From Azolla caroliniana (lineage: Eukaryota > Plantae > Polypodiophyta), in NCBI GenBank assembly GCA_043228905.1, contig JBHGNT010000164.1:1-62684 (forward strand): DNA of 62,684 nucleotides, in the 5' to 3' direction. How positions within the stretch are numbered: position 1 is the first letter of the stretch; each line of letters begins with the position of its first letter. A program made the translations under genes and the position numbers. Below, piece after piece: positions 26,515-39,640 of the stretch. The notes below the pieces were generated by a model. It saw only the letters and a program-made list of their open reading frames with translations, was not told the DNA's origin and did no database searches.

Positions 26515-26985
26515 TGTTATGTACACATAATGTTGGTGAGGGTAGGTCACTAATATTTACATTAGTGAAGGGTATGTTCACTATTATTAAAAAGGGGACT
26601 AATGATTGGATAGAATTAATGATATGTGCATGCACTATCATGATTTAGACAACCAATGAATAGAGAGCCTTTTAGAAAGGCACATCTATTCAAGGGGCCT
26701 AGGAAAAGGTATAAATATGAGGCTTAGCTACCCTCATAGGAATCACGTCGGAAGGCTGCTGTCGTAGACACCGGTGGTGCGGGCTAGGCTTTTGTCTCGA
26801 TGATCGTGTTTATCTCTTCCAAGGTATTAGTAATCCTAATATCCGGCGGTATGGGACGTCGGTGGTAGGTTGGCTATGTCTAGATCATAGCTCGGGGGTG
26901 GTCGGGTGGAACGGGTTCTTCTATCCAATCTATTTTCTTCCTTTTTACTTGATTTGGTCTATTGATTAGTAATAGACTCTTAACA
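26515..26985 (+). repeat. 3' LTR (471 bp)
   Basis: TGTTATGTAC...CTCTTAACA followed by TSD GAAAG. Confidence 0.97.
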
Positions 26986-27241
26986 GAAAGGCCTGCCCAA
27001 ATAATTTCAGGAAATTGGATAGAGATTGTGCATAATCTCATAGGGTTGTTGGATAATATAAAAGGTAAGACGCACCAATCAGAGCTTAAACATTTGGAGT
27101 TTCATGCCATCTGGGACATAAGTATATTTTATGGACGACTTTCTGATAAATTGGAGTGGTTTTATTTAGCACCAAAGTATTTATGTAAGCTGATGGTTAG
27201 AATTTAGAAAAATACAAGGGATTTGTGGTATATCTTGTATG

Positions 27242-28300
27242 CATAGTTCGTAATATTTGTGTACGTCCAATTTGGTGGACGTATGCAAACGTTTGCATAT
27301 GTTCGCGTATGATACACAATATTCGTTTTGGACCTTTTTTGGTTTTTTTCCCTTGATATATATGCGCGTAGCGAACTGATGAAGTCTGAGAAGGACGAAA
27401 TGAACAAGGTGCACGACTTCCACCCGCGACTCTCCTCCGCCTATCTCTGCAGCTGGACCAACCATATCTCCTTCTTCATCACGTTCATCTTCCGCTCCAT
27501 CTCCCATTCTACAAACTCATCATTATCCCATGATGGTGGAGCAACAACCATGGCTCTTTCTAACTACCCCGAAACTGAACCCCCCCTGTTCTTCTACCCA
27601 ATCATCATCCCATCTTTGTGCCTAAGAAGCTTTGTGATCGCTCCACTTATGAGTTACCCCAATCTAGAGGTCCCTTCTGATGATGATGGGTGACTATATC
27701 CTTCTATGACATTTGCTAGGGGTTATTAGACACTATTTCTTCCTGATTTTCTCCTTTCATTTTCTTAATACTAATTTAAATTCTTATAATCGTGGTGAGG
27801 TACAAATTTTGGGCATATGGAGCAGAAGTCTACTTAACTTTCATAATCACAAGGTAAGGAAACCAACAAGTGGCACATGATCGTATCAAGGTGCCCTTTT
27901 CTGCAAGTTAGTTGGTTAATTATATATTTCAAAAATGATACAAGTAAAGTTAATGGTTCACTAATGACAGAGCAAGGTTAGTGACTTGTTGATGACCCAG
28001 TTAAGACAAACGACACATTAACTGTAGATGATGAAAAAAACTTTAGTTACACAATAATCATAAATGTAAGAGTAATGACACTCTATCTTACAATGTAACA
28101 CTAGTCAAATACTAATCGCACAATAATCATAAGGGTTATGGCAAAAGAAATAATAAATATTAACATAATTATAAATATTAACATAATTATAAATATAGAA
28201 GAATGAGTTTCAATCATACTTGGAGCCATTTCACGTATGAGTATGATACGAATATTCACGTACAAGTATGCCACGAATGGGACGTATGGCTCAAACTATG
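27242..28300. mobile_element. Non-autonomous hAT element (1059 bp)
   Basis: Termini CATAGTTCG / CAAACTATG. Exact 8-bp TSD CTTGTATG (27234-27241, 28301-28308). CGTATG subterminal repeats at both ends. Confidence 0.88.
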
Positions 28301-29670
28301 CTTGTATGTATAACCTTATGGCATTTTCTAATACTAATGTAGTATCTTTTTTGGGAAAAAAAGTGAGAGTTGTTTTTTTTTACTCGTATGCTATCAAAAG
28401 CTTGGTGTATACCATAGTGTGCATGTCTTAGTTTGATTTGCATTGTTTATACTTTCAGGCAAAATTTGCTCATTAAACCTTCAAGGTTCTAACACAACAT
28501 TGATGCATTAATCCCGAGTGAGGGTCGAGAGAGCTTGAGCAAGGAGGTGTTAGGTGGGCTTTCGACAATGTGAACAGAAGGGACATGGGACATCCACTCC
28601 TTATGTGATGGAGAGCTACATCGTGCAATCAAGAAATGGAAGGGACACACGACATATCCATTTCGCTGCAGAGGAGAGAGATCTCAGACTCGGGGTTTGT
28701 TAAACACCAGGCGGGCTTTTTGGGAAGCTAGTAATAACAGACGGGGTACCTATTGCGTCAACGGAGAGCTTCATCAGCAGAGTGGGGTAGCAACATTGAG
28801 GCGGGGTTTCGAACCAGACACGAGTGCGATGGAGATATAAAAGACATATTGGCTGCCTCTGCACGCACTTGTGATTTGCTTGGTCGAGACACACACGCCC
28901 AAAGGACCAGGCGGACACGGAAGAAGACGGGAAAGTGCACAAGTCGTGGGTGACACTTTGGCTCCCTCCCAATGTCACTCTCCCAACAATCTCATGCTCT
29001 CCTTCTCTTTTCTTCAAATTTTATTTTTTGATGGACCAATCGCACCATTTCCCGCCACAACCAAGCTGGGTTGCAGGAAAAAGCAGAAAGCCGAATGCAA
29101 AAAAGCAAAAAGCAGAAAAAGCAAAAATTTACACTAACTACATACTGCTATCTATCTGCCTTGCCCACACGCCTCTGTCTCATCACTATCACCACACTCC
29201 CACAAAAACATTCGAGATCTTCTCTGTGTAGGAAAAAAGCTACGAAGTGCCAGCAGACGACCAAGTTTGATACATCCACCGACACTCTGATCCATTCTAT
29301 ATGTAAGTACGCTTTCTTATCAATGCCGTGCGCTTTCTTATCAATGCCTTTTCGATACTGATCACTGAAGAAAGAAGAGCAGCAAGAAGAAGCAAATGAA
29401 GCTGTTCGTTCTTTTGATGCTTCTTGCAATGAAAAAAATGCTATTGGAAACAGAGAGAGGAGCAGAGTGAGAAAAGAATGTGCGAAATAAGAAGAGAGGG
29501 AGAGAGAAAGCTTTGAAGTCTTATCCATCCTGGATTTTGCTGTTTCAATGTCTTGATTGATGATGACCTTTTCTCGCATATATGCATTTCATTTATTCTT
29601 TTTTATTTTGTTTGTAACACGCCTTCTGATTAGAATGCAGTGGAACATATCATCATACTAGCCAGATTGT

Positions 29671-32600
29671 ATGGGAATCCAAGGTCTTTTGAAGGTATTG
29701 AAACCTTATACACAACCAGTTCACATCAGCAAATACTCAGGAACACGGGTAAGTCTTCGGATTAAGCTCCTTTCTATAGGTGCATGTGAAAATTTGTATA
29801 TAAGCGAGATCATATGGGGATTCAAAGTCTTTTGAAGGTATTGAAACGTTATAGGTTATTCAAGAAATATTCAGGAAATATTCAAGAACACGGATAAGCC
29901 TTCCTTATCAACGTTATGGGTTATTGGGATTAAGCTCCCTTATCATATATATTTCAAGATGTTGTAGACATTTTACTATGTGTGAACAAGTTACAAGAGG
30001 CCATTTTCCCTTATGTTTCCTTCCCAATGTGAACAAGTTACAAGAGGCCATTTCTATCGCACCTACACAACCTCATAACATTAGGGCCTATAACCCCACA
30101 ATGTGGAAAACAGTATAGGAAACATATATGCATTCTTGTGTGTATATTTCCCTTTTCCTCTAGATTTGTTCTTCCCTAAACTATTTTATTTTCTTCCTGT
30201 TTTTTTTCGCTAGATTGGCATTGACGCATATTGTTGGCTACATAAAGGAGGTAAAGAATATGGCTACAAGTGATTCTGTTGTCTGTTCTCTTGTTTGTTC
30301 CATCCACTGAACCATATTTCAGGAAAAGTCAAATCACATTTATTGTTCTTGGTTCAGCATATGCTTGTAGCTTTGATCTATGTGAACATGGTCAAACTTC
30401 TTCATCAATGAAACCTTGTATTAACTACTGCATGCATCGGATCAATCTACTTCGCTTCCATAACATCATCCCCGTGGTGGTCTTTGATGGGGGAAGACTG
30501 CCTTCCAAAGGAGCGACTGAAACTGAACGCCAGAGGTAAAACCTGTGATGATGATGTTGGAATATATCTATCTATCTATCTATCTATCTACCTATATATA
30601 TGTATATGTATGTATGTATAGATCCATATATCAATCTGATATAATTTAGGCTTTAAGAAATCAAAATTTCAACATCTTGTGTTTTCCGTGTTTGTGTTTG
30701 GACAATTAGAGATGCAAAGTTTAGCGTGTGGGATAACATGGGGAGCTAAAAAAGGTCCTAAATAGAACCCCCCCAAAATAAAAATAATGGATAGTGAAAA
30801 ACGAAAGGGGCTCATTGGGAAGATTTCCAAGTTATGTGTATAGAGGTGTGGTGCATGGGTTTGAACCCCGTAATCCTTGCACAACAAACAAAAGCAAAGT
30901 AGAAACAATGAATGAATTGAGGAAGGAAGTCAATACATTGTTTAGTGGTATTCATAGATACAATCCTATAGATTGACGTCACTATGTTAGCATTGCCATT
31001 TTCATGGATGCCTCTTTCAAATGGCAATGTTACTGTTTTCAACCGTTGGGTTGTGGAAAGTGAATTCGTAAAACCAGTTTTTGGAGAAAAGGTTAAAATC
31101 ATTACTGTAAATATATTAATGTCAAAATGCCTGTACTTTTATTTACTACCCGTTGCTTTGAAGTTGAACTGACTGCCATAAGGTTATGGAAAATGAACTA
31201 GTAAAACCATTTGTGGGAGAGAAGAGTGCAATGCTAGTGTAGTGATCGCAAAGTCAAACTATGAATACTTTGGTGTTCGATACCAATCACCATTTGGTCG
31301 ATAGTTGAAGGTACAGCCTTTAATCATAGAAGCATAAAGCTTATGCTTTTACACCACCACATATACAATTTAAAGGCAACGTATGACATTGTGCTTTAGT
31401 ATGTAACATCCGTTTCATTTGAGAGGCTATGCCTCTTTTGCATTCCAGGCGACGAGATCAGAATCTTGAGCTAGCCCGATGCAAATTATCTCAGGGCGAT
31501 GTTAATGGTGCTGTAGAGCTTTTTCAGGTATCAATTTTATTCTATGTTAAAGAGTGTCTGTATTATGTAGCAACATCTGGTGCCATGCCATAAATTTAGT
31601 GACATCTCAAGGGGTCTTTTTACCAAGCATGGATATTTTAGCATTGCCGTTTTAAAGAACTGGTGGTTTGTTTTTGAGAAGCCTCGTTCGAAAAAGTATT
31701 GTGAAGCTTATATATTTCAGGATAAAATATAGATGTTCTTACACAACAGATTTGCCAACAATAGCCGACTTAAAAAAATATTGATACCAATGAAGCCAGG
31801 TAGTTGAAACATTATTATGAAGACCGTATTTCAAGATGAAAAAATAGTTGTGGTACATATATGTATTTATAGGGATGGCTTGGTATTTACAACTCTAGTC
31901 AATCTATGTGTTTAAAAACTATTGCTACCTCCACCTCTCTTATGGATTTCCAAAGGTTAAATTATTATTACTTTATTATCAAGAGGCAATGCATAACACT
32001 GCTATTGGAGTCTTTGTTACAATAATTATGCACACTGCTAATTGTACGTTTATTGTTATTGTACTGCCATCTTAATCCCACCACATGATATGATGAAATT
32101 AACAATCGGAAACGGTTCCGTTCGGTTTGAGAGGGTCAAAACTGAACTGTTTAAAAATTTTGAAACCTAAACTGAACCACGAAACTGTTAAATTGAACTG
32201 TTTAAATTTTTTCAAACCATTAAACTGTTAAAACCGTGATTTCGTGGTTCGGTTTTAGTTTCAAGTTTGGTGAAAATTCAAAATTTTAATTTTTTAATTT
32301 TCAAAATTTAAAATATTTCAATATTTTAAAATTTTAAAGATTTTCCTAAAATGTGAGAACAAAGCCTCAAAATGAAAACATTGTTATGAAACAATTTTGT
32401 TTTAAAAAAAAAAAAAAACTGTTAAATCATGGTTTCTAACTGTTGAAACTAAACCGAAGCCAATCCGAACTGTTGTAAAAAAATCTGAACCTGAACCGAA
32501 CTGTTATAAAACAAACTATTTTTTTAAAAATTAAAGAAAAATAAAATACTGTTAAACCGCGGTTTCTAACTGTTGAAATCGAACCGAAACCAATCCGAAC

Positions 32601-35600
32601 CATTTAAAAAACCCTGAACCTGAACCGAACCAAACCGTTTTAACCGTTAAGCCGTGGTTTCATGGTTCGGTTCGGTTCAAATCAAACCGTTGCTGATTGT
32701 TAGATGAAATTTTGTGCTTTATATTTTAAATGACCTATTCAATGCTACGATATGATAAGAGTTTTCTTGTAATTTGTAATGCCATATTAATTTCATCATA
32801 TGAAATATGCAGAGAGCAGTAGAGATTACACCCTACATGGCATATGAACTCATAAAGGTAACTTTATTACACATTCAATAGTCTTTGAGATTTCACTAGT
32901 TTTGAGGCCTTACATGTGGTGCTAACGGTTGAGAATTTAAGACTCATTTTAGGTACTCAGGTCAGAAGGTGTGGAATTTGTGGTTGCTCCATATGAAGCT
33001 GATGCACAATTAGCCTACTTGTCTACACTTAGTCCTCAAAAGGGTGGCATTGTGGCAGTTATTAGCGAAGACAGCGATCTTTTGGCGTATGGTTGTGATG
33101 TGGTAACAGATTATTTATAGATAATTTATTCATTCAAATCTCTCTCATCATTTGGTCTTTCAGCTATGTTAAAATCATATCTTATATATCAAGAAATAAA
33201 AGTGAACATCTTAATAATGTTGGAATTGTTTGTTTTTATTTATTTATCCTGTGACTAGGTGATCTTCAAGATGGATAAATATGGCAATGGAGAAGAGATT
33301 AAACTCTCTAATGTAATGCAAAAGAAAACTTGTTCAGAAAGGCCATCGGATAGCTTGTGGTTTGGTTCCTTCACGCTGGAGCTTTTCACAGGCAAGGTTT
33401 TACTTTCTTTTAGACAAAATGCAAAGTTGGGTGGGTGATATGGAGGATTATTAGTTTCTGTTTTTTAGCTGATGCACTTACAGAGTTATATATGGCTAGA
33501 TGGAATGATTAGTTTACGCATAGGATTTATTGCTTTCTCTAAATAATGCCCACTTGGGAGTGTTAGTATATATCCCAAGTGGGAATTATCTAGCATTCCA
33601 CGAGTTGATATATGGACCTCCCAAGTGGGCATTTACTAGAGAAAGTAATCTTCTGCATAAGGTAATAATATCTTCTAACTATATATAAATATCCAAGTGT
33701 ATTGGCTGAAAAAGAGCTATATACAGTTAGAAACGTCACTAAACGAGTGTTCTAACATACGTCTAGAAGCATATGAGCATGTGTATAAGAATAAAAAGGA
33801 CATATGTAAAAAATTATTAAATAGAAAAGGATCCTCTAATCGTACTTAAAATCCTTGTAAGCATCACCCTCCTTCCCCCCTTATTTTTTTACATTTTTTC
33901 GTGAGGGAAAATTTACAAATCTGAAGAACTAAAATCTTCAAATTGCCCCTCGTATTTCCCACAGGAAATTTCGAGCCTACCCCCTTTCTATTAGAGGGTA
34001 GCATTGACAAGTGCCCCTAGTCAAAAAGTACGAAATGAGATGATGTTCCAAAAACTAGCTAGCACATGCTAATTAATCATTCTAATTCATATTAACCATG
34101 CTTATTAATTGATCTGCAAAATTTTATGCTTATTAGTCAGGATTATTAATCTCTATTGGGATGCTTATTAATCACTAGGTTTGGTAATTTTTGATACACA
34201 TAAGCATATTTGGGTAATTTTCCCTTAACAATTGTGAGAATGAAACACATTTGTTTTGAGCTTTTGATCTATATAAGCATATTTTCATAATTTTTCCAAT
34301 ATACATATTGGTATACTTATTAATCACTAGATTTGGTAATTTTTTATACACATAAGCATATTTGGGTAATTTTCCCTTAAACAATTGGAGTATGAAACAC
34401 ATTTGTTTTGAGCTTTTGATACATATAAGCATATTGGTGGGAATGCCATATATATATTTATTTATTTGCTAAAATACTAGTATTTTTCCTTTTGATCCAT
34501 TCAGTAGTGGTGTTTGCTTAATTAATCAATTCTTCAGCATCGTGGCAGTCAATTATTATTGATAAATTAGTGGTATATTGTTTCATTAGTGACCCTAGAT
34601 CACAATTCATCGGCAGCAAAAATTAAATCAATTGAATGGTGCATTTAGGAGTCAGTAGCTTTGCATTGTAAAATAACGTGGTTTAATTGGTGAATAAAAA
34701 AATTGTTAGTGCATTTATGGATTTAAGTTAGCAGGCATTGTTTTAAGCCTTAATAATGAATCATGTCCATATATTCTCATTGTTCAGCGACTAAAAAAAT
34801 TTAAAACTCGGTTTGATACCGGTTGGTTTATTGCTAATGATGCATAAAGGGTGGCATTTGACAACTGTACGAAAAACTCGTGCAAAATCCAGTGAATTAT
34901 TTTTTCCCTTAAGTTGATTCTGTATCTGAAAGCTACTAAAACATTTCTAAAAACTTGTTTTCGTATGAGTTATTAAGGACTTTAAGAGCATCTAACCACT
35001 TTGGTAAGTTGTAAAAACTATCTGTTTAATCTGATTTCCTCTTCAATATCCTGATTGGTTTACTTTTTATTTTTTATGGTAACGTAACACCAGAAATACC
35101 GTTTTTAACATTATTATCTTGATTCTGTGGAAAATGAGCCTAGAATAGTTTTAACAGTTTTATCTTGAATTTATTGCATGCGAGAAGCTAGAATAACACA
35201 CCATTTTTTTAATCTAGGCACAATGGTGTAAGAGAGACTTGAGTAATTTAACAAATTTATCTTGATTTTATGGTACGTGTGAGAAACTAAAATAATAGAT
35301 CATTTTACTTTGTGCTCCATATCAGAATTCAAACAAGCATTTAGTGTTGTTCTTGTAAAGTATTACACATAGCTATTATATTCTATTTTATGTGGTGAGA
35401 CTAGAATATTTGAACAACATTCGATACCATATATAGAATCTAATCAGAACATCTAGTAGTTCTTTATTCATCAATAAAACGCTGTCGATAAATCCTCAGT
35501 AAGACTTTGATTCTCAAGTAAAATTTTAGTCGGGAAAACATTTACCAGAAATAATGCTAATGATAAAAATCCTAGTGAACACTTTGTTTTATGAAGTATC

Positions 35601-38600
35601 TTTTTGATAAGAAAATGACCAATCATGCTCAATTCCATTGATCCCATAGTGGAAGAAAATTAAAGCTTAATAATGTTTCATGTGTGAAAATTCATTTGGG
35701 GTTCTTCAATAGTCCAACCTTATTGGGGGGTCGGGAGATGGATAGATAGAGAGAGAGCAGGGTTCATTGATACTTGTGTCCTATTCATTCATTAAATATT
35801 ATTGAGAGATGATTTTTGACAGTGTGTTGGTGTTCATGTATTTTCATTAATTACTTGATTAATTTTAAGTTTTATTATATTCTCTCTCTCTCTCTCTCTC
35901 TCTCTTTCTAGGGATGTGTGTGTTGGCTGGTTGTGATTTCCTGCCATCTGTAGCTGGAATTGGAATTAAAAGAGCTCATGGGTTGGTGTCCAAATATCGA
36001 GATCTGTGTAGGGTAAGGCCTCCATGAATTCTGAGTTTTTAACAATAATTAAAAAACAAAATAGTAACAGTAATAAAGGAAACCAATGTCATGCTTTCTG
36101 TTTAGCTGTCTGAGTTGAGAGAGAGAGAGAGAGAGAGAGAGAGTTAATGATCCCCTCCGGCCCCCCCACCCCAATCCACAGTCTAAAATTAAATTCTGGC
36201 ATAGTGATAGCGAGTGTTTATTTTATTTATTTGGATGTGGAATTGGTTCATTAACTATGCCTTTTTGCATTGATAACCACAACAATTTGGTAAGTAAAAA
36301 AAATGAGGCTTTCCGGTGAATTTGTGAGAGGGTGTTCCTCCGCGGAGCGTAAGTAGTAGTATTTATATATGTGCTTATCTTCTCGTCCTTGTCTGCTTTC
36401 ACACTATGTTAGAGGGAGAGCTTCAAAAGAAAAATGCGTCGGTCGGTCCTGTAGTATTTCTCTTTTTTATTCGTACTCGCATTCACACTAGTCCATGGAA
36501 GAGGCTACATTTTACCTTTATTTTATAGAATCTTGGCCCTATGATTTTGTGCTTGGCGGTTTTAGAAAAACCTTGTGGGGGAAAGGGACACCACACGAAC
36601 CTGTTTTTGTATAGAGAAGAGAAAGCACGTGTAAAAAGGCTTTCACAAGTATTCGCCATGTGTGTGAATATATAGGTTTATGTTTTGTCCAACCGTACGC
36701 GCTTCTAATGTGATGTCATTTTGTCTCGAGAGACTTAACCACACCTATCTTACTCCAATATAGTGTAACAAAATTGCGAAAAATAGTTCGACATCTTTTC
36801 ATGAGGTAATGGCTAATAGGGGTGTCAAATAAGTAGCATTTTGTTTGTGTTTTATGCTTACAAACAAATATGTATGTATTCCTTTTTTTTGAAAGCTCAA
36901 TTATAGTCCGGACAGACACCTTCATTTCCAAAAACATCAGATCACTTGTCCACTCTAGTTTTTCTCAATACGTTCAAAATCTAAGAGAAGGTAAAATGTT
37001 GGGTCACATTATAGGATGATAATGTGATGGGTAATCCCAACACATTCTTTGGAGCGTATATATATCATGGAGTTTATAAATGTATGTGCGTGTGTGAAAG
37101 AGAATCTTAGATTTGATTTCTAAGGTTGCGATAAGAACTCTTGCATGTACACAACATATTATGAATTATTTTAGTTAATAAAATTTTATCCTATCGATAG
37201 CCCCAAGCCTTTTATGGATAAATAAATATTTTGGACAGTTATAATGTGTTTTTATCTTCCTTTTTTGCCCTCACAATCAACAAATCCCGAAAGGAAATTG
37301 TGCATTTATTTTCAAATTGGTTTTTAATCAGCGTTTTAAATTCGATTCTAATAAAAGCAGAAAGGGAAGAGATGGCTATTTGTTTTTGCTGTCTGCACTG
37401 GCAATGGCTTTTGGACAACTTGCTCTCTGCACCATTATTATTGTTCGTCTTTCTTTTGTTTTTCTTCGTGCATTTCCTCCCATTTATTCCAAACTTTGTC
37501 TCTTTCTTTAGTTAAAAAATGATGAATCTTATTACCTCATCATATTCCTGATTTACTACCTTTGCCTCTCCTTTCCTCAACAAACATTTAACACCCCCCC
37601 CCCCCCCCCCCCCCTCCCCCCTCGAAACAAAGAAGAATATAACCCCCCCAAAAGCAGAAAAAGAAAGGTGAAACGTTCATGAAAATGTAGATTTCTAATT
37701 ACTTTCCTTGGGCTAAGAAATCTCCAATTTGTTTCATTAATTTCTTTCTATTGCATTTACTTCTTTCATGCCATCGCCCCCCCCCCCCCCCCCCTATTGT
37801 TCCTTTTTTGTCATTTTTTTTCTTCAATTCACCTTTATGTAATGATGGATGGGGGTGGGAGTGCTGTTGTCATCACAGAGAATGCACACACACACAGCCA
37901 TGCACCCAAAAAATGAACTAGGTTCAGTTTTGTGTGTGCATATTCATCATTGTTTGCTTCCTTGGAAGTACACATGAGAGACATATTTAATACATAGACA
38001 AAGTACAATAGAAAGGCACATTCCTCTGAAGAAAAAAAACAATCATCATACATACAACATATGGTGTTATCATTTGATATTGATTTTTGCTTTTTGCTTT
38101 TGGGTAAAAAGGCCTCGTTTAGATTTTCATGCGAATAGATTAAAGTCAAAAACCTATTGTCAAGGTTTGCTCTTTGTGCGTGCGTGTGTTTTCTCGTGGC
38201 AAAGTGGCCACTTTCCCTTGCATTTGTTTATATGCCTAGTGTTTAATAACATCATGAAACTTTGTATATTGTATACCTTCGCTGAACTTATACCAAATAG
38301 CTGCTCTTGTTCCCTCCTGCTGTAATAGACTTTCTCTCCGCCCAACAATTCCAGATTGTACATATGAAGCTAAAATCATAATGTTGTGTCCTGTGGCACA
38401 CAAATGAGAGTTTTATAGTGATAAATCTATCGTTAGGTAAGGTATATATGACTGATTTGACAAGAGTATATGTATGCACACAGAAACAGATGGAGGTAGC
38501 ATCAGTACATATATGCTACAGTGGGGAAAAGTGGATTTAAAAAAATTATACTCATGGGTTGAAGGAAGGGGATTTATGCTATATACACCATGGAGGAGGG

Positions 38601-39576
38601 AGAGGGGAATATCATAGTACATTGGAAAGGAAGAGAATATATATAAACTAAACAATAGTGTTGTACTACAATAGGAAAGGTATACAATTGAATGGGTAAG
38701 AAACAAAACTTGAGATAAGAAAACGGAGTGGGGAAGGGGTGGAAAGGGGGAATTAATCTCTTGGAGGATTCCAATTCCCTCTGTGTGTGCTCAATTAAAT
38801 CTCTTCTTTCTTACACACGTTACTGAGATCTCAGCTATCAATCACCGTGTGTGTGTGTGTGTGTGTCTCTCTCTCTCTCTGTCAGTTTTATCTTTTTTTA
38901 TGATTTCTCTTTCCTCTCTCTACATGACAAATCAATCGAAAGAAAAAGTGGCAATTGTTCCCCCCGAGAAAGGTTGCTCTACACACTGAGTGTACCCCCC
39001 CCGTCTACGAGCAAAATCCTGCAGCTTGAGGTAGAGACGACATAAAAATTATTTTTGTGGCCACGCGGCCTGTGATTGGATGTCTAATGCACTTCTAGTA
39101 GTCTTTTGAAAACGCAGAGACTTCTGTCTGGTTGGACCACTACATTCTTATTTGAGTCATCTTTTGATATTGGTGATTTATGAAGGTTGGGAGAGACCAT
39201 AAGACTTTCTTGTTTATATGGGTCAGAAGAAATTTTGCAAGTCCTCCTTGATTGGACGGGGCCAACACATGCGTGTGAATCATTTGAAATGTTAAACTTG
39301 TGATTGGACGACCGGCACACTTCTTCTTAGGCTTCAAGAGGTGCAAGATTCATGATTTGATCAAATTATCTACACTTTCAAAATGTCCGGCTTAGTCGAT
39401 TAGACCCAAACAACATTTGTGTGGGTCTCTCTTTCCGAATGCAAGAATCATGATTGGACAACCCACACATACACTATTTATTCTTACTTCCTCTTTGTCT
39501 GCCCTAGTATGAAACCAGCTGAAGTATACAACAGAGACATAGATTTTATTATTGTCCTCAGAGGTCAAATTGATTG

Positions 39577-39640
<64 letters not shown>

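Larger units (their letters stand above)
19888..26985 (+). mobile_element. Full-length Ty3/gypsy chromovirus LTR retrotransposon (7098 bp)
   Basis: Two TG...CA LTRs, 5-bp TSD GAAAG (19883-19887, 26986-26990), iMet PBS, PPT, and gag-PR-RT-RH-IN-chromodomain order. Confidence 0.98.
19164..28362 (+). mobile_element. L1-type LINE 3' part (zf-RVT and 3' UTR), split by the gypsy element and a hAT element
   Basis: Reads RPISRLTWDH...FWKWLWG...MCPFDTHLIETAKHCLWSCGFAMDIWKRI...IWYIWKARCLKVFQIVTE|RPAQIISGNWIEIVHNL, in frame across the excised gypsy element. The 3' end CTAATGTAGTATCTTTTTTGGGAAAAAAA (about 28335-28362) resembles the end of the LINE at 18292. LINE-derived pieces are 19164-19887, 26991-27241 and 28309-28362. 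Confidence 0.82.

Noticed and set aside
28480-29240. Short ORFs upstream of EXO1 as a separate gene
   Set aside because: Several overlapping 60-105-aa ORFs with no motifs or consistent splice model. More likely promoter or UTR sequence.
37593-37794. Poly-C tracts as functional G-quadruplex elements
   Set aside because: Homopolymer runs in an intron, with no supporting evidence and unreliable length.
36140-39350. Possible Helitron(s) in EXO1 intron 8
   Set aside because: Some 5'-end-like sequence occurs on the minus strand near 39348 and 36360, but I found no matching hairpin plus CTRR 3' end.
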